Assembly: GCA_965214465.1 (NCBI GenBank)
Contig: CBDCBX010000009.1
Coordinates: forward strand, 2,700 to 66,699
DNA from: Acidobacteriota bacterium
GTDB taxonomy: Bacteria; Acidobacteriota; UBA6911; RPQK01; CBDAPI01
Direction: 5' to 3'
DNA: 64,000 nt
Part shown: positions 46,841 to 55,796 of the stretch, one piece after another
Position numbering within the stretch: position 1 is the first letter of the stretch
Layout of the letters: every line of letters starts with the position of its first letter
Notes under the pieces: generated by a model
What the model saw: only the letters and a program-made list of their open reading frames with translations
Database searches by the model: none
Told to the model about the DNA's origin: nothing
Made by a program: the position numbers and the translations under genes

Positions 46841-47293
46841 GTTTTGGGTTTTGGGTGACTGGGGTCACCGGGTTCCGAGACCCTCGGATCCGATAATGGC
46901 GCTGGGTGGGAAAGTCACGAAGCCTGTGGAAATGTTGTGAATAATATGCGCAAAGTTCCCATCGTAAGTTGTTGAAAGAAAAAGGCTTGCAGGTGCTTGA
47001 CAAGCGAGGTGACAGAGTCAATGATTAGGGTGGCCCCCGAGAGACAGAGTGATGTTCTTGAAAAGAAGCTGGGAGGCCGCCAGCTTTTCAGGTGTCACGA
47101 TGCCACTTGGGGGCTATTTCCTTCCCACGGGAACAGCACCCTTCCCCCGATCTTCTGTTGTTTGAGGAATGACGGGGGAGTGTATTAAGCTGACGGCTAC
47201 CGTGCGCTCTTCATAGTTAGGAGATTTCTTGCATTTTTTGCGGTGCCCTGGATTGCCGCGTCGCGTAGAAGTGCAAGCCATAGGAAACTCAAC

Positions 47294-49234
47294 ATGAAGC
47301 CAAGAACACTGGTTCTCTTTGCTCTTATTTCCATTTTGGTTCCGATTCTTGTCTGGGCCGGTGGGAGTCACACCACGGCTGGCTATACGCCTTCTCGGAG
47401 CTACCTGCACTCGGAGGCCGGCAACCTGCGTGCCCCGCTGGGCATGACGGCTTCGGTAGCGTTGACCGGTGTAGGATCCGCCGAGTCTCTGATTGTTTAT
47501 GACCATGGGGGCTCTCAGAAGCTTCTGGTGGGCGAAAACGATGGAGACACCGCTATTTACACTCAGATTAACGTCGCCGACGGAGCGATGGACTGGCAGA
47601 ACATGATGAGCGGTGCTGCTGAGTCGGACTTGAACTACGTGCCGGCCTACGCTCACGGAATTGTGATTCTGGGGGGACCGGCAACGACCACGGTGAAAGC
47701 GGTCTACGCGGGAACAGGCGAGATGCTGGCGGGAACCGACGGAACGCTCTGGGAAGACAGGTCCGTGGGAACGGCCAGAGGTCGCTACCCGATTGCCACG
47801 GCGCACGTAGCCTACTATGCCGGTGAGCACGCGGTTGTGGCCGTGGACCTGTGGAATGGCCCGTCGGATCTACCCACACCTTTAGGGCAACGAGGGGTCT
47901 CCTCGACACCATCGACCGCGCCCGCGGGCACCTTCTGGCGACTGGCCACTACTACGGCGGAAGCCCCGCTGAGTGTGTATGGTGAGCGGCTCTATTACCA
48001 GGACCTGGCCGGCAATCTGAACTCCGTCTCGACCCGGGACGGGGCTACCAACTGGACCGTACCCGTGGGTGGCAGTCCAAATCCCAACATCATCGCTACG
48101 GAAGACTACGTTTTCGTGAACAGTAACAGCGGCGGAACAGTCGGTGCGCTGGATACGGAAACGGGGGACCTGATCTGGGGCGCTTTGCCGGGAACTCTCT
48201 CCGAGACCCCGGCCATGGCGCTGGCCTATGATTGTCTCTTCCTGTTCACTTCCCCGGGAGGAGGCGCGGGTCCGGCTCCGGCTGGCGATGTCAGTGGCGG
48301 CGTGTCCGCTCTCAACGCTTCGGATGGATCCGAGGTGTGGAGTGTGGAGGATCCCGGGACCGGCATTGACTACGGATTCGTGGCCAACAATCTGGTCTGG
48401 TACTACAACCAGGACATGGGCCACATTCGGGTGCGCGATGCCTTCTCCGGAGCACTCGTCGACAGCATTCCGAAGGAGGGTGTACGAGGGCTCTCGGCCG
48501 CCGGAGGCGAACTCTTTGTGCTGCTCGAGAACCAGGTCGATGTCTATGGAATTGTCCACGAGACCTACTTTACCGTTGTCGCAGACGGGGACGGTCAGAA
48601 CACCCTGATCACGCTGAACAACTCGACGGGCAAGGACATCAGCGGGTCGTTGTTCTTCTTTTCAACGGCCGGCAATCCTCTGGAACTCCCGGTGGTGGAC
48701 CTTGGACCTCTATCTGAAGTCCCGTTCATGATTCCCGCGCTCTCCGCTGCCGCGATAGCGACCGACGGCTCTACGGCGGAAGCCGTGAGCGGCTATGCCC
48801 TGGTCGCTTCCGACGGTCCTCTAACTGGAAGCTCCCTCTACACCTTTTCTGACGAGATGGGGGAAATCGTGACCGAGGCAGGCGTCGCTACGGCCACGGT
48901 TTATGTAGAGGTCCGGCCGGCAGCCGGTATGGCCGCCACTGTCTCTGGACTGGCAGCCTCACTGAACACCGGCGTCGGTGTCGTGAACCTGTCGGGCGTC
49001 CAGAACACGCTGATCTTTACCCTGCTTGACGCCGACGCAAATCCGGTCGGTGGCGGAGCAAGGATATTTCAGCCCGGAGAGGCTCGTGGTGAATTCATCG
49101 ATCAGATCTTTCCGGTGGAGACGGCAGGCGGGTTTGTCGGGACAGTAGTGATCACATCCGACCTGCCCTTCGCAGCAGTCGGAATCCGGACCCTGGGCGA
49201 CCTGCAACTGTCGAGCTACTCGACGGGGAACTAG
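47294..49234 (+). CDS. Secreted protein with PQQ-like (BamB-type) beta-propeller repeats
   Basis: Signal peptide (MKPRTLVLFALISILVPILVWAGG) with AGGAAA RBS. Repeated ..D..G...W.. blades (..TGDLIWGA.., ..GSEVWSV.., ..ATNWTV..). The start is chosen at M18 of the ORF-finder frame. Confidence 0.55.
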   Translation: MKPRTLVLFALISILVPILVWAGGSHTTAGYTPSRSYLHSEAGNLRAPLGMTASVALTGVGSAESLIVYDHGGSQKLLVGENDGDTAIYTQINVADGAMDWQNMMSGAAESDLNYVPAYAHGIVILGGPATTTVKAVYAGTGEMLAGTDGTLWEDRSVGTARGRYPIATAHVAYYAGEHAVVAVDLWNGPSDLPTPLGQRGVSSTPSTAPAGTFWRLATTTAEAPLSVYGERLYYQDLAGNLNSVSTRDGATNWTVPVGGSPNPNIIATEDYVFVNSNSGGTVGALDTETGDLIWGALPGTLSETPAMALAYDCLFLFTSPGGGAGPAPAGDVSGGVSALNASDGSEVWSVEDPGTGIDYGFVANNLVWYYNQDMGHIRVRDAFSGALVDSIPKEGVRGLSAAGGELFVLLENQVDVYGIVHETYFTVVADGDGQNTLITLNNSTGKDISGSLFFFSTAGNPLELPVVDLGPLSEVPFMIPALSAAAIATDGSTAEAVSGYALVASDGPLTGSSLYTFSDEMGEIVTEAGVATATVYVEVRPAAGMAATVSGLAASLNTGVGVVNLSGVQNTLIFTLLDADANPVGGGARIFQPGEARGEFIDQIFPVETAGGFVGTVVITSDLPFAAVGIRTLGDLQLSSYSTGN

Positions 49235-49257
49235 GTACCCGGCCAAACTGAAGAAAA

Positions 49258-49289
49258 GCCCCGGACTCCACCAGCCCGGGGCTTTTTTT
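49258..49289 (+). terminator. Rho-independent terminator after the propeller-protein gene
   Basis: GCCCCGG-N11-CCGGGGC followed by TTTTTTT. Confidence 0.75.
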
Positions 49290-49339
49290 GGGGGTTATGA
49301 TCGCCTAAATTCCCGGCGGCATCCCTGACAACCCTGAAC

Positions 49340-49420
49340 CGTCAAGAAAGGTGGGAGTGGCCTCGGTGAGGCTGACTTCCAAATTCCCGGAAGCCTCACT
49401 GAGCCTACTCCCACTCTCGG
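49340..49420. repeat. Family-A palindromic repeat, copy A3
   Basis: CGTCAAGAAAGGTGGGAGTGGCCTCGGTGAGGCTGACTTCCAAATTCCCGGAAGCCTCACTGAGCCTACTCCCACTCTCGG. It shares the family ends and the AAATTCCCG loop core. It lies between the convergent propeller-protein and ferredoxin genes. Confidence 0.75.
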
Positions 49421-49441
49421 AATCCACCACCAAAGATCATC

Positions 49442-49708
49442 CTACGAACCTTGCTCAAAGTAGTCGGCGTTGATCTTGGTGTACTCCAGCCACTCCTCGG
49501 GCACCTCATCTTCGGGAAAAATCGCTTCCACCGGGCACTCCGGCACACACGCTCCGCAGTCGATACACTCTACGGGATCGATGTAGAGCTGGGCGGCAGG
49601 GTCGAACTCACCTTCGTCGGCCCGAGGATGAATACAATCCACCGGGCAGGCATCGACACAGGCTGTATCCTTGGTACCGATGCAGGGTTCCGCGATCACA
49701 AAGGTCAT
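49442..49708 (-). CDS. Ferredoxin (7Fe, [3Fe-4S][4Fe-4S] FdxA type)
   Basis: 88 aa. Cys clusters CIGTKDTACVDACPVDC and CIDCGACVPECP. Confidence 0.9.
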   Translation of the reverse strand: MTFVIAEPCIGTKDTACVDACPVDCIHPRADEGEFDPAAQLYIDPVECIDCGACVPECPVEAIFPEDEVPEEWLEYTKINADYFEQGS

Positions 49709-49862
49709 ACATCAACTCCGGGGCAAAAGACCCTATCAATTAAAACGATTCCAACCACCTGGTCAAGACTTTTGTCGGGCTTCCGCCGCGGTGTACCCGC
49801 ACTCGGAAGTTGCTGAGGATGCCCGGTTGCTCTGAGCGACTACTTCTCATACACTACATCCG

Positions 49863-50840
49863 TTGAACCGAACCGAAAGACTCCTCGACCTCATCACTTA
49901 CTTGCTCAATGCCCAGGAGCCGGTTTCCTGGCAGGAAATCAAGAACCATTTCCCGGACGATTATGCCAGAGGAGTTGAAGAATCTAATCAGCGCAAGTTT
50001 GAGAGGGACAAGGCCGAGTTGATTGCTCTCGGGATTCCGATTGACTACCAGAACGGATCCGAGATCAAGAAAGAGGGCTACGTCATCCAGAAGGAACGGC
50101 TGTTTCTCCCCGAGATTCATTTTTCGCCCCAGGAGTTTTCGCTTCTCATGCTCTCAGCTTCGGCAGTACTCGAGAACGAGAGCTTTCCTTACCGTGACGA
50201 ACTGGAGACTTCTCTGCACAAGATCATCTCCCTGCAGAGATCTTCAGATCCAGTGCCCAGTCAGATCAAGATCACCTATCAACGGGACGAAACAGGAAGT
50301 GGATCCAGGTGTCCCTGGCTGCCCCGGATTCAAGACGCCCTGGAGCGACGAAAATGGGTCCAGTTCAGGTATTATGCCTTTACTACGGGCCAGACTTCGG
50401 AACGTTCTGTTGACCCGTACGGCCTCATTTTCCGAAAAGGCAACTGGACTCTGCTCGGGTGGGATCATCTGCGCGAAGACATCCGCTCTTTTGTGGTCAC
50501 CCGGATCCAGAAACTGGAAGTGAATCCTCGACGCCCGGGCACACCGGACTATGAGATTCCAGAGAGCTTTACGCTCCAGCACTACCAGAGTCAGCAGCCC
50601 TGGGAGTATGACTTTCACGAACCGCTTGATGTGCGGATCAGAATCGCCCCTCACAGGGTTCCCGAACTGCGTTCCCAGCTTTCCTCCGCAACCCAACTGT
50701 CAGGGGATACCTTTCAATTGAGGGTTTCGAACCGTGGCGGTCTGGTTTCCTGGCTGCTTTCTCAGAAGACCGACGTTCGCGTCCTCGAGCCGGCCCAGAT
50801 ACAAGAGGATCTGCGCCAGGCGCTCCAGACCTTGATATGA
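49863..50840 (+). CDS. WYL-domain transcriptional regulator (HTH + WYL + WCX; PafB/PafC-like), first of a tandem pair
   Basis: 325 aa. N-terminal wHTH (MNRTERLLDLITYLLN). WYL core (..VQFRYYAFTTGQTSERSVDPYGLIFRKGNWTLLGWDHLREDIRSFVVTRI..). Confidence 0.8.
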   Translation: MNRTERLLDLITYLLNAQEPVSWQEIKNHFPDDYARGVEESNQRKFERDKAELIALGIPIDYQNGSEIKKEGYVIQKERLFLPEIHFSPQEFSLLMLSASAVLENESFPYRDELETSLHKIISLQRSSDPVPSQIKITYQRDETGSGSRCPWLPRIQDALERRKWVQFRYYAFTTGQTSERSVDPYGLIFRKGNWTLLGWDHLREDIRSFVVTRIQKLEVNPRRPGTPDYEIPESFTLQHYQSQQPWEYDFHEPLDVRIRIAPHRVPELRSQLSSATQLSGDTFQLRVSNRGGLVSWLLSQKTDVRVLEPAQIQEDLRQALQTLI

Positions 50841-51802
50841 ATGTAACCGACCGAATCAACCGAATTCTGTTTATCATGAGCTACGTGTCGCAGAACCAGG
50901 GCGTCACGGTCGAGAAGCTCGCCGAGCAGGTTACCCTCAGGCCCCGAGAGCTGCTGAAGGAACTGGACTTCATCCTTCTGATCGGAAAACCACCGTTTCA
51001 GCCCGACGACTATGTCGATATTTACGTCGATGAGAACCGGGTGTTCATCGAGTTCGATCAGATGTTGAATCGACCTCTCCGCTTCACTCGCCCCGAAGCG
51101 ATCGCACTGCTGATGGCGATTCAACTGCTGGATCCCGAAGTCGATCCGCAGACAGTTTCCTCATTGAAAAAAAAGATCAGGGACACGATTGAGGCTTCCC
51201 TCGATCCGACGCAGAAAAACCAGGATCCGATCGTGTTCGAGAAGACCTCCGTTCCCATTTCCGAACAGTTCGCCACGCTTCGGTCAGCCGTCGAAGACAG
51301 GCAGAAAGTGAGACTGGATTACTACTCTCTGACCCGAAATCAAAAGCGGAAACGAACCGTCCGTCCCTACTTTCTGACCAAGAGTCTGGGTTACTGGTAC
51401 CTGACCGGACACTGCGAGTTGCGCGAGGACATCCGGACTTTCAAATTCGAGCGTATCCTGTCGGTGACCAAGCTCGAGGAGAGATTTCCCGCACCTGAAG
51501 ATCTCGATGTGGCCCGCTATCGAAAACAGTTTCATCGTCAGAGCGGAGAGAACGAAGCGATGATCCGTTTCGCGCCGGCCGTCGCACCCTGGATCCTGGA
51601 GACCTGGGGAAAAGCCGCGGTGCCGGAACCCGAAGGGACCGTTGTTCTCACTCTAAAGTGCGACACTCTCGAGTACCCTTCCCGACTGATTCTCAGCTAT
51701 GCCCCGCATGCACAGCCCATCAGCCCTCCCCAGCTGATCGCGAAAGTCCGCGAAGATGGCCGAACCATCCAGGGAATGTATGAGACGAAGCCCGTCGGTT
51801 AG
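50837..51802 (+). CDS. WYL-domain transcriptional regulator, second of the tandem pair (start overlaps the upstream stop: ATGA)
   Basis: 321 aa. wHTH (..RINRILFIMSYVSQNQGVTVEKLAEQV..). WYL core (..VRLDYYSLTRNQKRKRTVRPYFLTKSLGYWYLTGHCELREDIRTFKFERI..). Confidence 0.8.
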   Translation: MNVTDRINRILFIMSYVSQNQGVTVEKLAEQVTLRPRELLKELDFILLIGKPPFQPDDYVDIYVDENRVFIEFDQMLNRPLRFTRPEAIALLMAIQLLDPEVDPQTVSSLKKKIRDTIEASLDPTQKNQDPIVFEKTSVPISEQFATLRSAVEDRQKVRLDYYSLTRNQKRKRTVRPYFLTKSLGYWYLTGHCELREDIRTFKFERILSVTKLEERFPAPEDLDVARYRKQFHRQSGENEAMIRFAPAVAPWILETWGKAAVPEPEGTVVLTLKCDTLEYPSRLILSYAPHAQPISPPQLIAKVREDGRTIQGMYETKPVG

Positions 51803-52505
51803 TCCCCCCCAACAGATTCTGCCGAGGCTTCTTCTCTTGGCCGTCGCCATTCTGCCTGCGGCCACTCCACTCGAAGCCGCCCACCCCGACCCCAAGAAGT
51901 TCCTGTTTCGGCTGGCAGATAACCAGAAGCAAGTCTGGACGACTCCAGCCCGGAGTTCTACCTGGAAGAAAACTCCCACCTGGATCTTTATAGGCATTGC
52001 GGCACCATCCTTCAGTCTGGATGGAGATTTCTCGACCCATCTCCGGGAGTCAACCAGCCTGGACGGCTTCAACCGTTTCTTCGCCTCGGACACGAGCGAC
52101 ATCATCTTTACAACCCTCCCTCTTGCCTTCGTCCTTGCAGGGGTGGCCACGGGAAGCGAAAGATTTACTGACTTCGGATGGAAATCTACCGAGGTGGCTC
52201 TCACTTCCTGGATCTCAACCCTCGGAGTGAAGGCCGTGACTCAGCGATCCCGCCCTCATGAGGGCCATACTTACGGCTTCTGGAAGGGCGGGAATTCCTT
52301 CAGTTCGGGACATGCCGCCGTGGCCTGGTCGCTGGCTGCGCTGTCGGTACGCGAGTTTCCCGATCACCGTTGGGTGCGATGGGTAGCCTACCCCCTGGCC
52401 GCAGCCATCAGCATCTCCAGAATCTCGTCCGGACACCACTACGCGTCGGACGTCGTGTTCGGGTCCTTGCTGGGCTACTCCGTGGGGCGCTATCTGCCAA
52501 GGTGA
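51756..52505 (+). CDS. PAP2-family (type 2 phosphatidic-acid phosphatase-like) membrane phosphatase
   Basis: PAP2 motifs KxxxxxxRP (..KAVTQRSRP..), SGH (..SFSSGHAAV..), SRxxxxxHxxxD (..SRISSGHHYASDV..). The start is probably internal to the ORF-finder frame, which overlaps the previous gene. Confidence 0.8.
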   Translation: MAEPSRECMRRSPSVSPPQQILPRLLLLAVAILPAATPLEAAHPDPKKFLFRLADNQKQVWTTPARSSTWKKTPTWIFIGIAAPSFSLDGDFSTHLRESTSLDGFNRFFASDTSDIIFTTLPLAFVLAGVATGSERFTDFGWKSTEVALTSWISTLGVKAVTQRSRPHEGHTYGFWKGGNSFSSGHAAVAWSLAALSVREFPDHRWVRWVAYPLAAAISISRISSGHHYASDVVFGSLLGYSVGRYLPR

Positions 52506-52544
52506 AGGCGGGTTTCAGGCTCCACGTGCTCGATTGAGCCTAAC

Positions 52545-52615
52545 TCGTAGGGGCCGGTCTTGTGCCGGCCCGGTCAGCGGGCGACCACAAGGGTCGCCCC
52601 TACGAATCCATTCCC
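52545..52615. repeat. Family-B structured repeat, copy B1
   Basis: TCGTAGGGGCCGGTCTTGTGCCGGCCCGGTCAGCGGGCGACCACAAGGGTCGCCCCTACGAATCC. An outer stem CGTAGGGG/CCCCTACG encloses two inner hairpins. It lies between the convergent PAP2 and M56 genes. Confidence 0.75.
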
Positions 52616-52667
52616 GCCCGCGGTTCTGTTCACCACGTGTACCGGTCACTCCTGTTGAATCCGTGCC

Positions 52668-54073
52668 CTAGCCACTCTCCTCACCTGAAAACGCGCTGGC
52701 ATGGATCACAATTGTCTTCTCGCCTTCCTGGGTCGAGCCGTGCCGTCTTTCCACCATGATCTGGTGAATCTCTCCATCGTCCGGACTCCCAATCACAATG
52801 GGCTCGGAACCTTCGCCTTCCAGACGAATGTAGAAGTGTCGGCCGTCTCCCTCCTGGGTCAAGGAGAATTCCTTCAACTCATCGAAGGTGAGTTCACCGT
52901 CACCGTCCAGATCAGCCTCTGGGATCTTCACCAGCACTCCTGCCAGAAGTTCTGTATGATCCGTTTCCCCACCGGCCACGATCACTTCGACTCGTTTGAC
53001 CCGCTGCTTGACCTCTTCACCTTCTTCCTGCCCGGCAGGCGGTGCAGCCCCTCCACCCAGGGCAAAGGAAACCCAGACGAAAAGCGCCGGAATCATGAGC
53101 CAGGACAGCCTGGGCGACGAACTCTTGCTCTTCTTCAAAATCATTCTGAATCTCTCCTCTAGAATCTTTCCTCGACAGGCAAATGCAAGTTTCTGAGACG
53201 CTCTCGGAGAATCTCCTATGCTTCGCACCACCTCCAGTAGAGAACGGGCGTACAGATGAGGTTGAACACTGGAAACTGCGACGGCCCACTGGTCGCAGGC
53301 CATTTCCGTGAAGCCTTCAACTCTTCTGCACACCCACCACACGGGAGGCCAGAAAAAGAAGACGGTTCGGGCTGTGTTCTGGGCCAGACGGACCAGCAAA
53401 TCTCCTCGTCTCAGATGAGCGAGTTCATGTACCAGCAACGCGTTTTGGGCAGCCGCTTCACCTGCTCGAGTACGCGGATCGGAACCACCAGGGTGGGGCG
53501 CATCAGCCCAATCACATAGGGACTCACACTCTCATCCGTGACTCGAATCCGGGGAGGCCGGCGCAGACCCAGTTGGGCGGTCAGTTGAGCCACCCGTGTA
53601 GTCAATTCGGAACCAGCCGGGTGAAGCCGCCTCAGTCCGGCGAAAGTTCGCAGGGACTTGAGAAGCGCTGTCCCGGCAACCAGCAGCAAGGCTGCCAGAT
53701 AACCCGCCAACAGCATCGCTGCCCAGCCGACGCTCTCGGCGGCTGCGACCGGTGTCACCATTCCGACACCTGCCTCGGCCAACCCCGCCTGGACAGGCAA
53801 GCCAGACAGACTGCGGCCGGTTCCCATTCCGATTGCTTCCATGGCCAGGCTTCGCATCAAGCCACTCAGGGCCATCTCACCCGGCAGAACAGGGGGTACC
53901 AGGAACTTGAAAAGAACGACTGTCCAGAGGGCAGCGTGCAGGGCCGGGCGCGCCTTCCGCAGCACAGTTGCACAAATCAACCACGTGACCAGCGCAAGTG
54001 CCGTCCCGTGGAACAGGGTCCTTCCGCCCACCTCAACCAGGCTCTCGAGCAGCAGCAGAATTTCACTCGTCAT
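52668..54073 (-). pseudogene. BlaR1/MecR1-like M56 sensor metallopeptidase with an EF-hand-like Ca-binding loop in the C-terminal domain; reading frame interrupted by a frameshift (~53411-53470)
   Basis: The N-terminal 4-TM part (ORF 53411-54073) ends ...RPTLVVPIRVLEQ. The zinc site HELAHLRRGD continues in the -1 frame, which stays open upstream (..GEAAAQNALLVHELAH..). C-terminal ..DLDGDGELTFDELKEF.. is a canonical EF-hand loop. Either a genuine pseudogene or a sequencing indel. Confidence 0.55.
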
Positions 54074-54489
54074 ATCCCCTCCTCTTCCGGCTGGCTCAGG
54101 GATTCCTTGTGATGCCTCAGAATCCGCTCCAGGCGCTCAATCGACTCCGGCGAGAGATCCCCCCCTTCCACCAGACGAACGGCCAGTTCTACGGATCGCC
54201 CCTCGAAGACAAGGTCGACAAAATCTCGGACTCTCTGTCCTACCATTCTCTCGTGACTGATCGAGGGCGAAAAAAAGAACGGTTGCCGTTCCCGATCGGC
54301 CTCCAGGACCCCTTTTTCCACCATTCGAGTCAGCAGCGTCATCACAGTGGTGTACTTGAGAGGGCGTTCAGTTGCAGAGTTGTATTCGTTCAGAACACTG
54401 CGAGCCGTAGCGGATCCATTTCTCCAAAGAATCTGGAGAAGTTGAAATTCCACCGGCCCCAAACCCGGAACTTTCCTGGCATGCTCCAT
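54070..54489 (-). CDS. BlaI/MecI/CopY-family transcriptional repressor
   Basis: 139-aa winged-helix protein (..LGPVEFQLLQILWRNGSATARSVL..). Located upstream of, and overlapping, the M56 gene, the classic blaI-blaR1 arrangement. Confidence 0.85.
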   Translation of the reverse strand: MEHARKVPGLGPVEFQLLQILWRNGSATARSVLNEYNSATERPLKYTTVMTLLTRMVEKGVLEADRERQPFFFSPSISHERMVGQRVRDFVDLVFEGRSVELAVRLVEGGDLSPESIERLERILRHHKESLSQPEEEGI

Positions 54490-54647
54490 TCGACCTCCTT
54501 TGCTTCTACTCGAGTAGAAACACTACTACACACGTAGATTCAGGTCAATGGTTCCGGATTCTGTGGAAACAAAGTGTTCGACCGGTGACAGCGGCGCTTA
54601 GGCTGGAGCCGCTGTGTGGGAGGCGTCTTGGGCTGGCGACCGTAGGG

Positions 54648-54715
54648 GCCGGTCTTGTGCCGGCCCGTTCAAACGGGCGACCACGAGGGTCGCCCCTACG
54701 AATCCAATTCCGGCG
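54648..54715. repeat. Family-B structured repeat, copy B2
   Basis: CGTAGGGGCCGGTCTTGTGCCGGCCCGTTCAAACGGGCGACCACGAGGGTCGCCCCTACGAATCC. Hairpin loops differ from B1 while the stems are preserved. Confidence 0.75.
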
Positions 54716-54740
54716 GTCGCGGCGCTGAGGCCCCGGGAAT

Positions 54741-54834
54741 CGTCAAGAGAGTGGGAGGAGCCACCAGAGACGGGAGATGGGTGGCGCGACGTTTAAGTTC
54801 CCGAGCGCAGCCCCAAGGAGCCTTCCACTCTCGG
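54741..54834. repeat. Family-A repeat, copy A4 (degenerate), directly adjacent to B2
   Basis: CGTCAAGAGAGTGGGAGGAGCC...GGCGCGACGTTTAAGTTCCCGAGCGC...CCTTCCACTCTCGG. Confidence 0.65.
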
Positions 54835-54873
54835 GTTCCAAACCAAGAGCCCGAAACGAGGAACGTGAAATTC

Positions 54874-55620
54874 CTACTCAGGCAATCGGATAAAAACGTT
54901 GTCCACTCCGTCCACTTTTCGAGCTACGACCACCGCGCGGTTCCATTCGGCCTGACTCCCACCCGAAAAGATCAAATAGACGTTCTTGTCTTCGGTTCTG
55001 ACCCAGACATCTTCGGAGGTGAGCTTCAGGTCCTTCTTTAGTCTGGCCTCGACCCGGTCGGCCAGGTCTCCACCCTTCTTTCCGGGCAGCCAGTTGGTGC
55101 TGGCCTTGGCTCCCTTGGTGGCTCCCGAGGCAACCGCCTTGGCACCTGTCGTCGCCCCTGAAGCTGTAGCTTTGGCTCCGGTTGTGGCGGCACCGGCCGC
55201 AGTGTTAGCCCCCGAGGCCGTCGCTTCGGCAGCCGTCACTGAGGCGTCCGCTGCAACTTTGGCTCCTCGAGCGGTAGCTTTTCCCGCGGTCGTTGCAGCG
55301 CCCGCAACTGCCCCACCGGCCGTTTTGAAACCCGAGCCCACTCGTCCCATGAAGCTGCCTTTGATCCCCAGCCGACCCAGAGTTTCCTTGTTGATTTCGC
55401 CGGTCACCTGAATGTCCTTCTGGATCTGGAACTCACGCAGGGCCCTGTTGGTACGGGGCCCCATGAGTCCGTCGATCGGACCAGGATCGAATCCCTTGCT
55501 CTTGAGTGCGCTCTGCACCTTGGTGATCAATTCGGCGTCCTGGGCAGGCACCGCCAGCATCGCCAGGATGACGACAAGCAGCGTGCATGACAGGACAGAG
55601 AGCATGCTTTTTCGAGGCAT
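54874..55620 (-). CDS. Secreted peptidoglycan-binding (PG_binding_1) + Ala/Thr/Gly-rich repeat linker + BON-domain protein
   Basis: The start at 55618-55620 has an AAGGAG RBS. Signal peptide. PG-binding helix pair (..VQSALKSKGFDPGPIDGLMGPRTNRALREFQ..). About 70 aa of (T/A)GAKA(T/A)ASGA-type repeats. C-terminal BON-like beta-sheet region. Confidence 0.6.
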   Translation of the reverse strand: MPRKSMLSVLSCTLLVVILAMLAVPAQDAELITKVQSALKSKGFDPGPIDGLMGPRTNRALREFQIQKDIQVTGEINKETLGRLGIKGSFMGRVGSGFKTAGGAVAGAATTAGKATARGAKVAADASVTAAEATASGANTAAGAATTGAKATASGATTGAKAVASGATKGAKASTNWLPGKKGGDLADRVEARLKKDLKLTSEDVWVRTEDKNVYLIFSGGSQAEWNRAVVVARKVDGVDNVFIRLPE

Positions 55621-55796
55621 TTTTCCCAACTCCTTCTGTGAATGACTGCAGATCAACAGAGAGAATAATACAACGTATCCCGGGTTCAAGGACAATCACT
55701 CCGATGCTTCCCGTATCTCGATCAGGAAAACTGGCTACAGAAGGAGCCCCCCGGGTCAAAGTGATGGGGGAGGGATAGAACCTTGAAACTTTCGAA

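Noticed and set aside
47001-47100. TTGACA-N17-AATGAT promoter-like hexamers followed by an AAGCTGG...CCAGCTT hairpin (possible sRNA or leader) in the 450-nt gap upstream of the propeller gene
   Set aside because: The -10 match is weak (4/6) and the hairpin lacks a U-tract. There is no independent support such as a repeat elsewhere. It is more likely part of the 5' UTR or regulatory region of the downstream, possibly sigma-54-controlled, gene.
55080-55330. ~21-27-nt periodicity suggestive of a tandem or CRISPR-like array
   Set aside because: It lies inside a CDS and encodes Ala/Thr/Gly-rich low-complexity repeats of the BON/PG-binding protein. The units are imperfect and unspaced. No CRISPR array was found anywhere in the window.
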